DNA of 64,000 nt from NCBI GenBank assembly GCA_951406725.2, contig OX597819.1, forward strand, positions 104,470,001 to 104,534,000. The letters are read 5' to 3'. The notes under the pieces were generated by a model, which was given only the letters and a program-made list of their open reading frames with translations, was not told where the DNA came from and searched no databases. Of the stretch, positions 1-15,101 are shown piece by piece. This DNA is from Octopus vulgaris. Lineage: Eukaryota. Position 1 is the first letter of the stretch. The number at the start of each line of letters is the position of its first letter. The position numbers were made by a program, and so were the translations under genes.

Positions 1-240
1 TCCATCCATCTATCTATCTATCTATCTATCTATCTATTTATCTATCTATCTATATATCTATCTATCTATCTGTCTATCTAACTGTCCCACACTTTAGCTG
101 TATCTCTGTGTCTCCATTATTTTCTCCCCAATAGACACAGGTACACATTTACATAAGCATACGTGCATGTATAATTTATGTGTGTGTGTCTAGGTGTATG
201 CATATGCTCGTGATTATTATATATACACATTTATGAGTAT

Positions 241-284
<44 letters not shown>

Positions 285-298
285 CATACATACATACA

Positions 299-333
<35 letters not shown>

Positions 334-833
334 CTCTCTATATATATACATATATACATGCATAACACGTTTGTTTTATGGGATACACATGTACATCCAT
401 ATATAATGATATATATATGTGTGTATATATATATATGATCCCATAAATAGCTGTATTGACACCACATACTCACACACAGATATATAATAATGCTTAAATT
501 TGCTTTATATATTTATATGTATGTATATGTTTGTGTGCGTGTATATATGTTACGTTTGTGCGTGTGTGTGTGTGTGTGTGTATGTTACGTTTGGTTGTGT
601 GTGTGCGTGTTATTTGCGTGCAAGGGAAATGCCTGCCTTATATTTGTGTGCGCATGCGCATCCGGCATATCGTGGTGAGACACACATTGGGGAGTAGCAT
701 GAATCTATTACAGTGCTGTGAGCCAACCTACTCATTCTTTAATGCTCAACCCCTTTCTCACTCTTCCCTGTTTCCAATCAATCTCTCTCACTCTCCTTCT
801 CTCTATCTCTATTTCCCTCCATCCTTTCCCCTC

Positions 834-876
<43 letters not shown>

Positions 877-1413
877 ATTACGACACCTTTATTCATTCAC
901 CCATATTCTCTTCTTTTCCTCCTCTTCGTCCTTTTTTTTACTGTTGTCCACTCTGCGATAATTGAATTCTTGTCTGTATAGCAATGGCCCACAGGCCTAT
1001 CATTTGTTTATTGTTATTACCGATGTTGTTGTTGTTGCAGTTGTTGTTCTTATTGTTGATGATGAATAAGACCGGAACTAATGATACGAGGCGTAGATAG
1101 TGATTGTGGTGTTGGCGGTGGTTGCGGTCGCAGTAGTGGCCGTTGTGATTGTTGTTGTAGTAGTTGTTGTTACAGATTTGGGAAAATATCGGTGGGAAAG
1201 GACCAGTGGGTTGACATGGGTTTGAGGTTGAATGGCTTTAGAAATCCACAACTTAACCCTCGGTCAAACATGTACAAATGTGAGCATGCGCATATGTGGA
1301 TGGGCGTAGGTATAATTGTGCATATGTATGTGCATGAATGCAGATGTATATATATATATTTGAATGTTTGTGTGTGAGTATGTGTGAATATATGTGTGTA
1401 TGTATGTGCATGC

Positions 1414-1477
<64 letters not shown>

Positions 1478-2268
1478 ATGTGAGTGTATTGCAATTGTCC
1501 ACTGTATAGAAAAGATTACTGGTCGGCCAGCAGTAAGCAGCGAACATATTGGTGTAGTTGGAAAACTTAAAAGACCCTCGTTGTGAACACCAATGCTTTC
1601 AGTAAAGAAGGTTGTGAAATGGAAGTTGTATTACTATTACTAATAACTATTGTAGTATAACCTGTATTACCAGTAATAGTAGAATCTATAGGAGTAGTAG
1701 TAGTTATAGAAATATATGACGAAGGTTATTAAAAATGCGACAAATTTCTTAAAAAGTGAGATATTTCCTTAACAAATTAGCACAGTGACAAAAATGTCTG
1801 ATTGGTCGACATGTCCTTAAATTTTTTATCAGCTGCACTTCACTGATACTGTTTTTTTGTTTTTTTTTTTATTTCGGGTCCTATCTAAATCGAATGTGCG
1901 AATCACAGATTTTAAAGTTGTGAAACTGACAAGTTTATTTTGTGAACGCTCTTAAAATTTCGACAACCAATGTTCTAACAAAAACTCTATCTAGATGAGA
2001 TATGAATGACCAGTTCTATTTATCGATTGTGCCATGTTCATACTGGTACATTCAGCAAATTAACTCGGTACCTGTCAGCAAGTTGGAAAAGTATAAACAG
2101 GTTTGGGAGGCTGTTATACCCTCTAGGAAAGATTTTAGATGCTTCAAAAAATCCGACCGTTCTAGACTCTTTTAGGTGCCTAAGTAGCTGCAAGTAGACA
2201 TAGGCACCTTCTAAGTCGTCCCACTCTTTGACTGCGGAACATGAAAGTTGTATCAGTTGGAGAGAGCG

Positions 2269-2329
<61 letters not shown>

Positions 2330-3589
2330 GATGAAGAGAGAAGAGACTGATAGGGGCGCCCTACCAGCACGACACCGGTACACTTATTCTGCTGAATAGA
2401 CTGATCCATGTGAAATAAAGTGCCTTGCCCAAGGACGCAATATACAACCCGTTTAATGAATCGAAACACAATACTTAGTCACGCGCTTCACACATACACA
2501 AATACTCACTTACAAGCACATCCACACACGCATTCATTCATGTGTATACACAAACATATATGTATACACATGCACTCACACATTACACACATATATGAGT
2601 AGATGTTTATTAACTACTGAATAACGATGCACCTCCTCATAGTCTCTAGGCCAGCTTGAAATGACAGCTAAATACACTTCAAAACATTTTTCACCATATT
2701 AAATAAGGAAAGGACATCCTTCTGTGTTTTCACAAGGAGTTTTCCGCTATGTAGCGGATGCTGTGTACTGAATACTGGTCAATCTGTTTTCAATAATGAT
2801 CCCTATCTGTCAGTCTAATGCCAGCTCATTCATTAAACATGGCACTATATCTGCATAGAAGATCATCTCAAACATGTGAAATCCACGCAATGCTCCTGTA
2901 ACATGATAACTTGCTGTAGCTTGACTTTCGAAATTCAAAGGACTCTCCTGTGATATATTTGGTCCTTTCAAAGTATTTCCAATCAAAATTTATCTTATTG
3001 AACACAAAATGCTATCGGCTGACAAAGGACTCGCTCTCGCAATTAGCGCTTCATTATTTATTATTTGTGGAAAATCAACTCCAACTCTAAGTCACAAAAG
3101 GGAGCGATGTCCAGCATTTATCTCTTCTGATAGAGTTCTTATTGTACGTTTGTCGTTGCTGTAGAACAGAGGTCTTTTAATAAAAGTTTTCAAACGTGAT
3201 ATTTTAATTCTATCGCTGACTGAACAATTCCAACTGAAGCAAAGTTTGCCAGCTGCTAGTCACGTTAATTAGCGTCTTTGTCTAAAAGAATTTCCACTGT
3301 TTCCAATGTTACATCTAAGGTAAGAAAAATATGTGACAATAGAAAGTTGAACTCCTAAGAGGATGCTTATATGACAATAGTATATATGATAGACGGTATA
3401 TATGATAGTTGGCTTTAGGCAACACGTCAGCAAAACATAGAATTTCAATTCTTTGATATATAGAACTAATATTGTAAATGTAGTTTCAAAATTTGCTATT
3501 TGCATTTCAATTGTAAAGGGGTGGGGAGATGTCACTTATAATTGCAGTGTTACTAGCAAGAGCTAATATCTTTTTTGTTCTTGATTTGT

Positions 3590-3981
3590 TTGTTTCAGAT
3601 ATTGAACTGCAGTCATGCTGCAACCCGCTGCCGCACCACCCCGAAGAGTTTAGTCGAATAAATCGACCCCAATTCTTAATTGTAAGCTTGTTACTTATTC
3701 GATCATTTTCTTTTACCGAAACGCTGTGTTACGGAGACGCAAACTAACCAACACCTGTCATCAATCAGTTATGGGAGACAAGCAACATAAATACAAATAC
3801 ACACACACACACATACAAACACCTACATATATACAACAGGCTTCTTTTTAGCTTCCCGTCTATCACATACAATTACAATGTTTTGGTCAGCCCATAACTG
3901 TAGCAGAAGACACTTCCCCAAGAACCCAAGAGCCCATGGTTCAGTATCAAACTTATCAAGCACACAGCCACACCTGGGCCT
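3590..3981 (-). mobile_element. Degraded tRNA-derived SINE, family A
   Basis: Diverged similarity to the 11823-12291 copy: agaagacacttcccca, ggttcag, cacacagccacacctgggcc, and an internal CA repeat. Confidence 0.7.
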
Positions 3982-4872
3982 AAGACGTTTTCACTATAAA
4001 ATCATTTGATTGGCTTTCTCATAAATATATACCCATCTTACAGAAATAGATCGAAGAGGTATATTGCAAGTGTGTGTGTTTCTGAAATACATCTGGAGAT
4101 GTTTCCAGTTCAGTATCGTTGCCAGAAAGAGTACTAATTTTATAAGCATTGGCATTAGTGCACGAACGCACATGCGTTTATAAAAGATGACATATTTCAT
4201 TGAAATTAAGGATATGAATTACGATATTGCTCACAAAATCAAATATTTAAGAAAATATCCATTTAGCAAATGTATTAAAAGGAACTGAAGAAATAAATAA
4301 CTGGGACTATTTGCGGGAAAGCTGCTGGAACAGTTGGAATTCCACCAGAATACTTCTATAAATGAAACTTCTTTTACCAAGCATAAGTTTCATCATGATG
4401 CAGGTACACTACAAGAATGATAAGTCAGTCTTAATAGCGATCCCAAAAAAGGAAATAAAGTAGTCTTGCAGAAGAACATTGAAGTGGTTAATCACTCATG
4501 ACTCCAGTATATATTTCGTTAGACGGATACCATTTACCAGACTAAGAATACGACTGAAAGAAATAATTCCATGTGTTTGATATGATTTCAAACCGAGTAA
4601 AATATTATTGATAAAATACTATAACTAACAATACAAATCAAGGACTGCTACTCAAGAAAATTCAGTTTAATGTTAACTTTCTTGAGAACATGTGAAATTA
4701 ATGTACTTTTAGATCGGAATGAAATAATTAGGAGCTGCTGTTTGGGCGCTAACGACTTGGCACGGCTGACTGTACTCTCAGCCTGTTTTGGCAATAGTTC
4801 GTTTTGGCATTCGAAGCAAACATATACACGCACGACGAGCGTGTGTGCAGAAATATAGACTTAAAGATAGAG

Positions 4873-4915
<43 letters not shown>

Positions 4916-5914
4916 GAGAGAGAGAGAGTGAGAGAGAGAGAGAGAGGTGTAGGAGAAAGAGAAAAGGAAGGGAGAAAACGACAGAAACATTAAAACGAGA
5001 TAATAATTAAAACTTCCGATATCAAGTAAGCCAAAGTTGAATAAGCGATGCTAAATAGACGGCGCCAAAACTGCTGTGCGAAAACGTCGCATACCCTTGC
5101 TAAATATCCTAACTGGATGTTCATGGTTAGAATGTCTTAGATCATTACTCTTTTGGATTTCAGTTGACATCAGGATTACAATCAACAATACCGACACTAA
5201 CAACACTGCGAAGAATATCACAACGAACACAAATACCAACAATAAATATAACTAATATTACCAGTATTATAATCTTTCAACTAACTTTACATCAGCTTTA
5301 CTCTGTTGACATCATGGGGCTTCATCACTAATGCCACCGTATATATTTACAACTACACTAATACGCCACCATGAAAAGTATATAGTAACATTCCACCAAA
5401 CCACAACTCCACTACACTTAAAACGTAGTTGTTACTCGCGAGCGAGTATGACTTGGTGACATGTGGCATGCCTTCGCTAATTGTTTTAGGCGTACGTGTA
5501 GTTTCAAATACGCAATGTGTACCCACTCGACTTTGCCTACTTTGACCCAGTGAAACAGTAAGGATGCAACCGTTGAAGGGATGGAAGCAGAGCTACATCA
5601 ACACTTAGGTGACAATCATTTATAGATTAGTAAAATTAGTAAACTGGGATAACGTGAAATGAATTTACCTGTTCAACGACACAGCGTACCACCAGACGCA
5701 TGAATCGAAACCATGACTATATGATCGCGAGCCCAATATCTGAACCACTAAGTCATGTACCTTCACATACGATTACAATATCACACCGTGATATCACACT
5801 ATATAAGGACATCTCAACTCCACTTTCCCGTCACATCACAGTACCTTGCCGCCACATCGCATACACACGCCACCTTACCAACAACAGCGCAAGTAACAAT
5901 GGAGCCTCTATGCA

Positions 5915-6079
5915 CTCACTCGACAGGCAAAAATAACAGACAACAAAATCTTTTAATCACACTCTACAGTCTTAAGTAATAAAGGATAGACACATTGGAC
6001 AATATAGTCCAGAATGATCACAGCTGGAACATCTGTCATAGGTGTTCTCGATCAGAGTTACTCAGGGCTAAACAACAAT
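5915..6079 (+). mobile_element. Dispersed ~170-bp repeat ending in gggctaaac(aac)n (family E; retroelement 3' end or SINE)
   Basis: Motif string ctagaaatagcag..aaat / acattggataat / gatggtcacagctggaa / gggctaaacaacaac. It recurs at ~27660-27840, 27930-28090, 37390-37570, 37627-37830, 41515-41710, 41715-41885, 54105-54250, 55850-56020 (+) and ~7715-7830, 57855-57995, 58460-58600 (-). Confidence 0.6.
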
Positions 6080-8307
6080 AAATCACAAGAATAGGTCTCT
6101 TTTATTAGAACTGAAATGGAGCTATAGAATAACTACCATCAATATGAGTTCATTTTACAACACACTCCTCTCTTCCAACCGTCCTTCAACAACAGCGCCA
6201 TCCATGATCGATCCACTACCCTTACCAGTTCACATATTCACCGACTCGCCACTAAGCTGCCACTCCAATACTCCGAATGTATCATTTCTATATAATCCAT
6301 CGTCATCTCGTCACTGTCAAAATGATGGAAATATTGATTGAAATAACTGTGCGTGGTTAGGCATGTCAGCATTTGACTATTTGTCTTATATCAACAGCTC
6401 TTCTTGAAGGATTAACTGTTTCCAATGGTCGATACAACACAAATAACCGTGGGAAATTCCTTTGTTCATATTTCTTCATTTCGTACTAACCAAATTCTCT
6501 ATTGTTTTGCTGTATCACATGATTTAACTATTGTCCTTTAGATGTAGAATGTATTACAAATAATATTGGGAATTCGTTACCGACTTAACGAATTTCTAGT
6601 ACTATTTGCTTTAGTCTAACATCTAATTTTTTCTGTAATGCACAATCAAATTGTGTACTCACACCCTTTGTATGTCACATACATCTATCTGACTGCCCGT
6701 CCGTCCGTCCGTCCATTCATTCATCCATCCATCCATCCTTCCATCCCTCCCTCCCTCCATCCATCCATCCATCCATCATTAATTTAAGAGTTGTCATTTC
6801 ATTGTTGGAGAAATTTAAGTGAGAACACACGTACATTCAATACATATTGATAAAGTAATACTATGCTTTCAAAAATAAATAAATAAATAGTCGACTAAAC
6901 TGTTAAACCCTTCAAGGCGGTGCCGCAGCATAGTCGCTGTCCAATCTCTCAAACAAGCAAAAGATGAAAAGTAAAATTTAAAAAGGAAAGAGACCATCCA
7001 ATAGTGAAGAGAAAACATAATGGCAGCTACTTTAAACTAGGGTCGACTCATAGTAGTAAAGCAGAGCATGCGATTGTAAACATGAAAGATACATATAGCA
7101 TGACTGTACCCTCTGAATCGTTTCTGATGAAAACAGGAGTCTGAGGTTTAACCGACGCTATATTTTCCACAACGAAAATAGAAGTTGGTTTATAGAATAT
7201 TTATTGTAAACTTGGTTTCAATTTTAGCACACACACACACACACACACAGACGCACATGCAGTATATACACACTACTGCGCGCGCACGCACAAGCATCCA
7301 CTTTAAAACACACAATTACACACACATACATACGGATTTAGTGGTGAGAGCTAAAGCATAAGAAGTAAAGAGTTAAGAAAACATACAATTTGCACGATAT
7401 GTACGCACCTTTTGAGGTGGTTGTGGAGATCGCAATAGCGTTGTTGAGGGTAGTGTTAGTGGCATTGGTGGTAGTTGATGCGGCGGTAATAGTGATGATA
7501 GCTCTGATTGTAGTGGTAGTGGTGGTGTAGATAGTTGTATTTGATGGTATGGCGCCTGTTGATGGTATTCCAATTGGTGGTATGTTGATAGTGATCTATT
7601 GCTGACAAAGGTATTTTCTGTGGCGATAATAGTGTTATTTTAAGACTTTGATGATAGACAATCTGAAAACCGTTCTATGTTAGTGATTAGTATTTCATAT
7701 ATGCCTAGGTCTGCTTCAACCAAGGAAACATATGATCAAAACATTTCAGCTATGATCGCTTTGTTTTTATTCTGGATTATTTAAGTTGCTAGTGTGGATA
7801 TTGACGGAGATTTGGTTTCTACATCTAGCAGATAGAAGGACTACATAGTGACTCCATCACCATCTCGTAAAGCGTGGTTTGTGGTCATATGTACTTATGT
7901 GTTGATCGTTGTTGGGTGATGTCCCGAAGTAATAATAAAAGTGACTTAGTCACTGCAATTTATTTCTCGTGTGTTTATATGTAAACATAAATAAATACAT
8001 GCATATACGTATGTCTGTCTGTATGCTTGTATATATATATATATATAAACACACATACACACACATATGTAGACACGCATATAAGTATGTGTTTATGTTT
8101 ATATATAAATATACAAGCGATGGATTGCAGTGACATGTGACTTATGTATTCATATATATTTATATATACGTGTATATATATATATATATATGTGTCTCTC
8201 TCTGTGAGTGGGAGGCTATGTATATCTATGTTCCTGTGACTATCTCAATCTATTCAAATGGCCAACGTGCATATACACATACACACGCACAAATATAAAC
8301 CTTCACA

Positions 8308-8349
<42 letters not shown>

Positions 8350-8949
8350 CATTCATACATATACATACTTATACACACACATACATACACACAAACACAC
8401 ACAAACACACATATATATATATATATATTTACATATATAGTCACACAGCTATATACAATTCTTGACCAAATCAAATTATTGACCAAGCAATATTTGGTTT
8501 ACAACAATGCTTACTTGAAAATTCGCTGCTGCCGTCATTGTATATATAGCTAAAGTCCTTCAGGTCAGTTTACTTTAGCAACTGATTTCACGGGCTTGCT
8601 TCACGACCGCCATTTTTCTGGCTTGATATCACCCGAAACGACTTCATCACATTACAAATTTTCTCGCTGTTTAATTAATCTCATGTCAAAATTTGTTTTA
8701 CTATTCTTCCCTGCGTGAAAGTATCGTGTCGATATTTGACAGGCGTGTTTGCTGTAAAGCTTCCGTTTTGTAAGATATACGCACTCTCAGCTAAAAGAAA
8801 TGATTCGTAGCATATAATATGATATATAGTCAATCATTCCGCCGTGTAAAGTTGATATTGATAGAACTGTCTTTCTTTCAATGAAAATGGTCGATCGGAT
8901 CGATTGCCAATGCGTAGAAATGCGTATGTGTATACATACATACATACAT

Positions 8950-8980
<31 letters not shown>

Positions 8981-9354
8981 TACATACATATACATACATA
9001 CATACATACATACATACATACATACATACATACATACATACATACACACACACACTCATACATACATACATACATACATACATACATACACACACATTCA
9101 TACTATAAATATATATGGTATATGTAATATACATATATATATATATATAGACATATACACACACAGAGACATGTAAATATCCCTCCCTCCATCCATCCAT
9201 CCATCCAACTATCTATCTATCTACCTATCTATCTATCTATCTATCTATATCTACATATACACATACATACATAGATACATACATACATACATACATACAT
9301 ACATACATACATACATACATACATACATACATACAAACACAAAATAGCATACAT

Positions 9355-10200
9355 TGACACGGTGCGAACTGAGCTCTCTCGTTTGGCAGGCCGCTCATAT
9401 GAGGAATCGTAGAATGTTATATTAAAGGTTTCTCCTTTGATCTGGTGTTATGATGTGCCCTTGGTGTAGTTCTTAGCGCGGTTATACGGTTTACAGCAGA
9501 CAAATGGTGCAATTCCCTTCGGTGATGTTGCAACTATATTCCAATAAAATAGCTGTAGGGATAATGTTATATATGTGTTTATATACGTATGTATATTCGT
9601 CACAAGGTTAAGAAATGACCTTGTCCAACTATAAAAACGAAACTTGACAGATACTAAGCTGTCATGGTGACTACAATACATTATGATTGTGAAACCTGAA
9701 CAGTTTACCAAAGTCATAACAAAAAAGCTTAACCATTTCCACTTATCATGCCTGCAAAATATATTTCCGAATACGACTGTACTCGAGAGGGAAAATATAT
9801 AGCTGTCGTGGAGTGGACGTGTAGTACGCATACCCAACTCCGGATTCCTCAAGCAGATCTTTTTCGATGAACAAGCGGTTACATGCTAGATCAAAGAAAA
9901 GACATAAAGACGCGTTCAAGACAACCTTGAAAATGTGGAACTTAGAGCTGTGAACTTGGAAACATCTTGCTCAAGACTGCTGAAGGTAGCGTAGTCCTGT
10001 GTACTCTGAGGTACAGTACTCTGAATCCGATACGACATGGGAAGCTAAACAGAAGAGAACGGCACAGAAAGAAGGAGTAACACCTAGTTCTGACTCAACT
10101 ATCAGGTGCCCTCATTGTAATCGCAGATTCTATAAAAATATTGGCCAAATAAGACATCTCAGTGCCCAAAAAGTGTAAAACTGATGGCCTGGTCATTTTC
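9355..10200 (+). mobile_element. Degraded RTE-clade LINE, 3' part
   Basis: Manual translation across stops and frameshifts gives ET*TVYQSHNKKLNHFHLSCLQNIF, WSGRVVRIPNSRIP, KKRHKDAFKTTLK, TWKHLAQD and a terminal CPHCNRRFYKNIGQIRHL zinc finger. These match the RTE/BovB C-terminus. Confidence 0.8.
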
Positions 10201-10764
10201 AGACACATCACTCTAATATATATGTATATATATAGCATGGTATGATTATAAAAAATGAAAATTTTAGCCATTTCTCCGCAGACTGGAAAAAAAAAGGGAT
10301 GAACAAACTTAAACCATTTTCGAACCTAACCTTATTGGGTTCTCATAAGAGGAGCCTATGTCATTTGGACAGTCTTCAGAGAAACAAGCAGCCAAACTGT
10401 TTATATACTCAACAAATGCAGCAGTTGCTCTATGAAGGAGCCCCTAATTTGCATACCGAAAGTGTTTAACACTCTAGAAATAATCTGTAGTATCAGGATG
10501 CCTACGGTTTCTACGGACTACGCTCTAATCACCCCATGAATACGGACTGTGATCTTAAAAGTCATGTGATATGTGAAAACGCGCATAGCGATGCATTGGA
10601 TATTTCTAAATTCCATCCTAGGATTACTGTTACATATATATATATACATAGATATGTTCGTATTTTTATATATTTATTTATACCTGTGTTTGAGTGTATG
10701 CGTGTGTGTGTGCATGCATGTTTATATATGCATATAGATTACATATCAAATATATATATATATA

Positions 10765-11180
10765 TAACTCAACGTGTGTGTCCGTGTGTTTAACTTCCCG
10801 GCACATCTCCTCCTAGCCAGCAAATCGTAGAACCACCAAAAATGGGTCACTTAAAGTTTAGGCGAATGAAAATTGTACTGCGCTATTTCTGTTCCGAAAT
10901 TCATCTCGCAAGTGCAAAAATCGATAGTGTGTTTGTTTATGCCTTATCCCATGCATTGAATAGTGAACTTTACTCAGTCAGCTGTTTGACGTGAACTGTG
11001 TTCACCACGCGTGCAAGCATGCGTAAATTGCATGAAACATTTAAAAAAAATCAAGATATAAAAACGAATCGCCGTAAACATTATAGAAATTCGGCAAAGA
11101 AATGAATTTTCGGGATTTGGACTTTGTGAACACGTACCACTTGTTTTCATAACATTTTTAACGCTTTGAATTAAATGTGA
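10765..11180 (+). mobile_element. Non-autonomous Helitron-like element, family H1 copy 1
   Basis: About 400 bp highly similar to 34198-34683, which ends in gccgggcaatagtgCTAG|t. Another H1 5' end (a|TCcatatatataaaactcaacttgtg) lies at 11305-11372. Confidence 0.6.
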
Positions 11181-11422
11181 TCTTTTTGCGTTGTGTCTGC
11201 AGGTTGAATCACTTTAACCAAACTTTAGCAGGCCGGATTTTTGATCATCACGATACATCGCCAGAGACTCCTTGAAACTCTCCCCTGAAATCCCCGTTGA
11301 GAAATCCATATATATAAAACTCAACTTGTGTGTCTGTGTGTGTATCTGTGTGTGTGTTTGTGTGTTTAACTTTTGGATCTACCAAGTTTCATTATTAAGG
11401 ATGGAAAGTAGTGTGTAGGAAA

Positions 11423-11812
11423 TCTATATATATAAAGCTGAAGTTGTCTGTGTGTGGCAGGTTTGGTAGCCTTCAACTAACACTATCTCCTTCGAGACCC
11501 TGCAGCGCAAGTTGATCAAAATTGAGAGTATGATAGAAGAAGGCTTGCTCTTCATTCTGTAGAAGATAAAATTCAAATCGAACCATGTTAACACCAAAAA
11601 TTATTTACATCAAAAAGGTGCTTTTTTTTCTATGAAACTCCCTATTTTTTACGATTTTTGACTGCTGTGTCACCATTTTTCGGAGTATTTCAACTGGAAA
11701 AATATTCACTTGAAGAGAATAACAAGTTGCATAATGCAAAATTTTTACTTTTCAAAAATTCCAATTTTAAAGGGTCGAAACAAGCCCAAGCAACACCGAG
11801 TGATACTGCTAA
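11423..11812 (+). mobile_element. Non-autonomous Helitron-like element, family H2
   Basis: 5' end a|TCtatatatataaa followed by a GT-rich tract. 3' end has a degenerate GC hairpin (cccaagcaacaccgag) then tgatactgCTAA|t (CTRR). Inserted between A and T without a TSD. Confidence 0.6.
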
Positions 11813-11822
11813 TATATATATA

Positions 11823-12045
11823 TACTCTTTTACTCTTTTACTTGTTTCAGTCATTTGACTGCGACCATGCTGGAGCACCGCCTTTAGTCGAGCAAATCGA
11901 CCCCGGGACTTATTCTCTGTAAGCTCAGTACTTATTCTATCGGTCCCTTTGGCCGAACCGCTTAGTGACGGGGACGTAAACACACCAGCATCGGTTGTCA
12001 TGCAATACTAGGGGGACAAACATAGACACACAAACACATACACGC

Positions 12046-12117
<72 letters not shown>

Positions 12118-12291
12118 TACATATATACGACAGGCTTCTTTCAGTTTCCGTCTACCAAATCCACTCACAAGGCATTGGTCGGCCCGGGGCTATAGCAGAA
12201 GACACTTGCCCATGATGCCACGCAGTGAGACTGAACCAGGAACCATGTGGTTGGCTAGCAAGCTACTTACCACACAGCCACTCCTGCGCCT
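11823..12291 (-). mobile_element. tRNA-derived SINE, family A (CORE-like segment, internal microsatellite, (AAAAGAGT)n tail)
   Basis: Minus-strand head ggcgcaggagTGGCTGTGTGGtaag (A box) and GGTTCAGTC (B box), then tgggcaagtgtcttct, an internal (TA)/(TG) tract, and tail gaaacaagtaaaagagtaaaagagta. Multiple copies in the window. Confidence 0.9.
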
Positions 12292-13088
12292 ATATATAAT
12301 ATAAATTGAAATTGAAATGCAATTACAATTATGACGTGCCATACAAAATAAGTGTCAGAACAAGCAATTTTTTGTTTTCCTCCTTAATATAGGCTGACTT
12401 TTACTTTTGCCTCATCCAGCTCTGATGCAGTCATGAACACCGTGCATATCTACTCATTCTCTCCCTATCTCTGCCCCACGCAGGACAAATGCTACTCAAA
12501 CACACCTACACTCACGCACACGCACACGAGCACCCGCGCACACACATGTTAGACCATCTGATGCAGTAGATTCTAGGTGATTTTTAACTAGGCGAAACAT
12601 ACTTTTATTAAGCAATGTGAAATAATTTAGATGTTCTGTTTTGTGTTAATGTATATGGGAATTATCATTAGATAACGTTTATATTGTGTTTGACGGAGCA
12701 TTGAGAATGAATTTTGAGATCTTGATATAAAATTTTGAAAACGTATGGGAAAAAAAGGTGGTGATAGCAACAACAACAGCAACAACAAAAACAGCAACAA
12801 TAACGACAATAACAATAGGGGTGCATCCGATATTTACAATGGTACAGAAAAATACGAAAGAATGTTATAGTGGAATTAAACTACTCTAAACAGAGAAGTT
12901 AACGTGGGAAACAGGAAAGATGCAATCAATACCTTAGCTATTCATGCTGTGGCCATCCCGAAAGAATGACAGTTAATTTCGGCAGAATTTGTTCATAGAA
13001 AGTGAAGACGGACAAAAATACCGCCAAGTATTTTTTTGCCCATCGTACTAACGATTCTGCCCTTACTACTACTACTACTACGGATACA

Positions 13089-13675
<587 letters not shown>

Positions 13676-13703
13676 ATAATAATAATAATATTAATAATAA
13701 TAA

Positions 13704-14261
13704 ATGGCCTGATGCAGTACCAGGCAGTGGCTCTCATAGCTTCTGATCTTAACTGATTGGAAGTGTTATCATGTACATTGTTTTGTCTTGCTATAAAAGA
13801 TGGGCTACAGCAAATATTCTGCTCAATACCACAGACTTGCTTGTCAGATGTTTGACCTTAACCAGTTGACCATGTCCCTTAGTGGCTGACGATATGTGCA
13901 TCTCTGATCACAAGCAGAAGTAGTGGGGGAGCATCAGAACCATGTGCTGAAAGGAATTCTTGAAGGTTTGGATAATTCAACTTTGGAAACATGGGTGGTT
14001 CGTTCAACATCCTTAAACAAGCCTTATTCAGAGACCCTTTGAGTGGGATAGGCTACTCGACCAGAAGAAAATTCTTACTGGGCCCCACCTGCAAGGTCGT
14101 GTGCTCTTTATCTTGATATGAGATCACCAAGTCGCGCATATATGGTTGTGATGCATGTGCCTGGTGCACCCTTATCAGACGGGTAGTCATGATGGGCATA
14201 TTGGGCTTCGTATATTTTACCCCAGCGTCACTTTGATGGCATGCACTATTCTCTCTCACTC
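13704..14261 (+). mobile_element. Non-coding TAA-flanked element, probable long 3' UTR of Dong family DC
   Basis: Bounded by (TAA)n on both sides. The last ~110 bp recur at 14757-14831 (joined to an R4 coding fragment) and at 45769-45868, each followed by TAA-like repeats. Confidence 0.7.
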
Positions 14262-14317
<56 letters not shown>

Positions 14318-14318
<1 letters not shown>

Positions 14319-14831
14319 TCCATGGTATGGACATAAACACCAGGAAACTGCTGATACTAAACAAGACGCACTTCCCAAGATCAGACATCGACAGGATCTA
14401 GCTCCCGTGAAAGGAAGGTGGCAGAAGCATAATCTAGGTTGAAACGACCTATAAAACGACCGCGATAGGACTTCAAATGTACATCCAGAGTAACACCGAC
14501 TGGATGATACAGCTAGTAATGTAACATGAACAGATTAAGAAGCTGCTTTCAGTCAGAAAGGAGGCATATAAATACAGACGAGAGCTCAACCTGCCTGATT
14601 ATGATGATGACACGGCGGACACACCAACCACTAAGACAGCAAAAATGTGTAAAAGCCAAACAGGAATGACTGAAGGAAGTATCAAAACTGTATAATGAAA
14701 AACTATTGCATGGACAATACCCCAAACGAGATGGGGAAGCTGATGTAAATATAAGCATGTGTTTAGTGTACTCTTATCAGACAGGGATGATGGGTATATT
14801 GGGTTTTGATGGCATGAATTGCTCTCTCACT
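14318..14831 (+). mobile_element. Internally deleted, degraded R4/Dong fragment, family DC
   Basis: Translates LHGMDINTRKLLILNKTHFPRSDIDRI*LP*KEGGRSII*VETTYKTTAIGL...EKLLHGQY. This is homologous to the post-RT regions of DA and DB. The sequence then jumps to the shared 3' end. Confidence 0.8.
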
Positions 14832-14885
14832 TAATGATAATAGTAACAACAACAACAGCAACAACAACAACAATAACAACAAGAG

Positions 14886-15101
14886 GAAGAAGAAGAAGAA
14901 GAAGAAGAAGAAGAAGAAGAAGAAGAAGAAGAAGAAGAAGAAGAAGAAGAAGAAGAAGAAGAAGAAGAAGAAGAAGAAGAAGAAGAAGAAGAAGAAGAAG
15001 AAGAAGAAGAAGAAGAAGAAGAAGAAGAAGAAGAAGAAGAAGAAGAAGAAGAAGAAGAAGAAGAAGAAGAAGAAGAAGAAGAAGAAGAAGAAGAAGAAGA
15101 A
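14886..15101. repeat. (GAA)n microsatellite
   Basis: About 70 pure GAA units. Confidence 0.97.

Noticed and set aside
2038-2260. Possible host exon after a (CT)n tract on the minus strand
   Set aside because: No AG acceptor directly after the tract, no recognisable domain and no partner exons.
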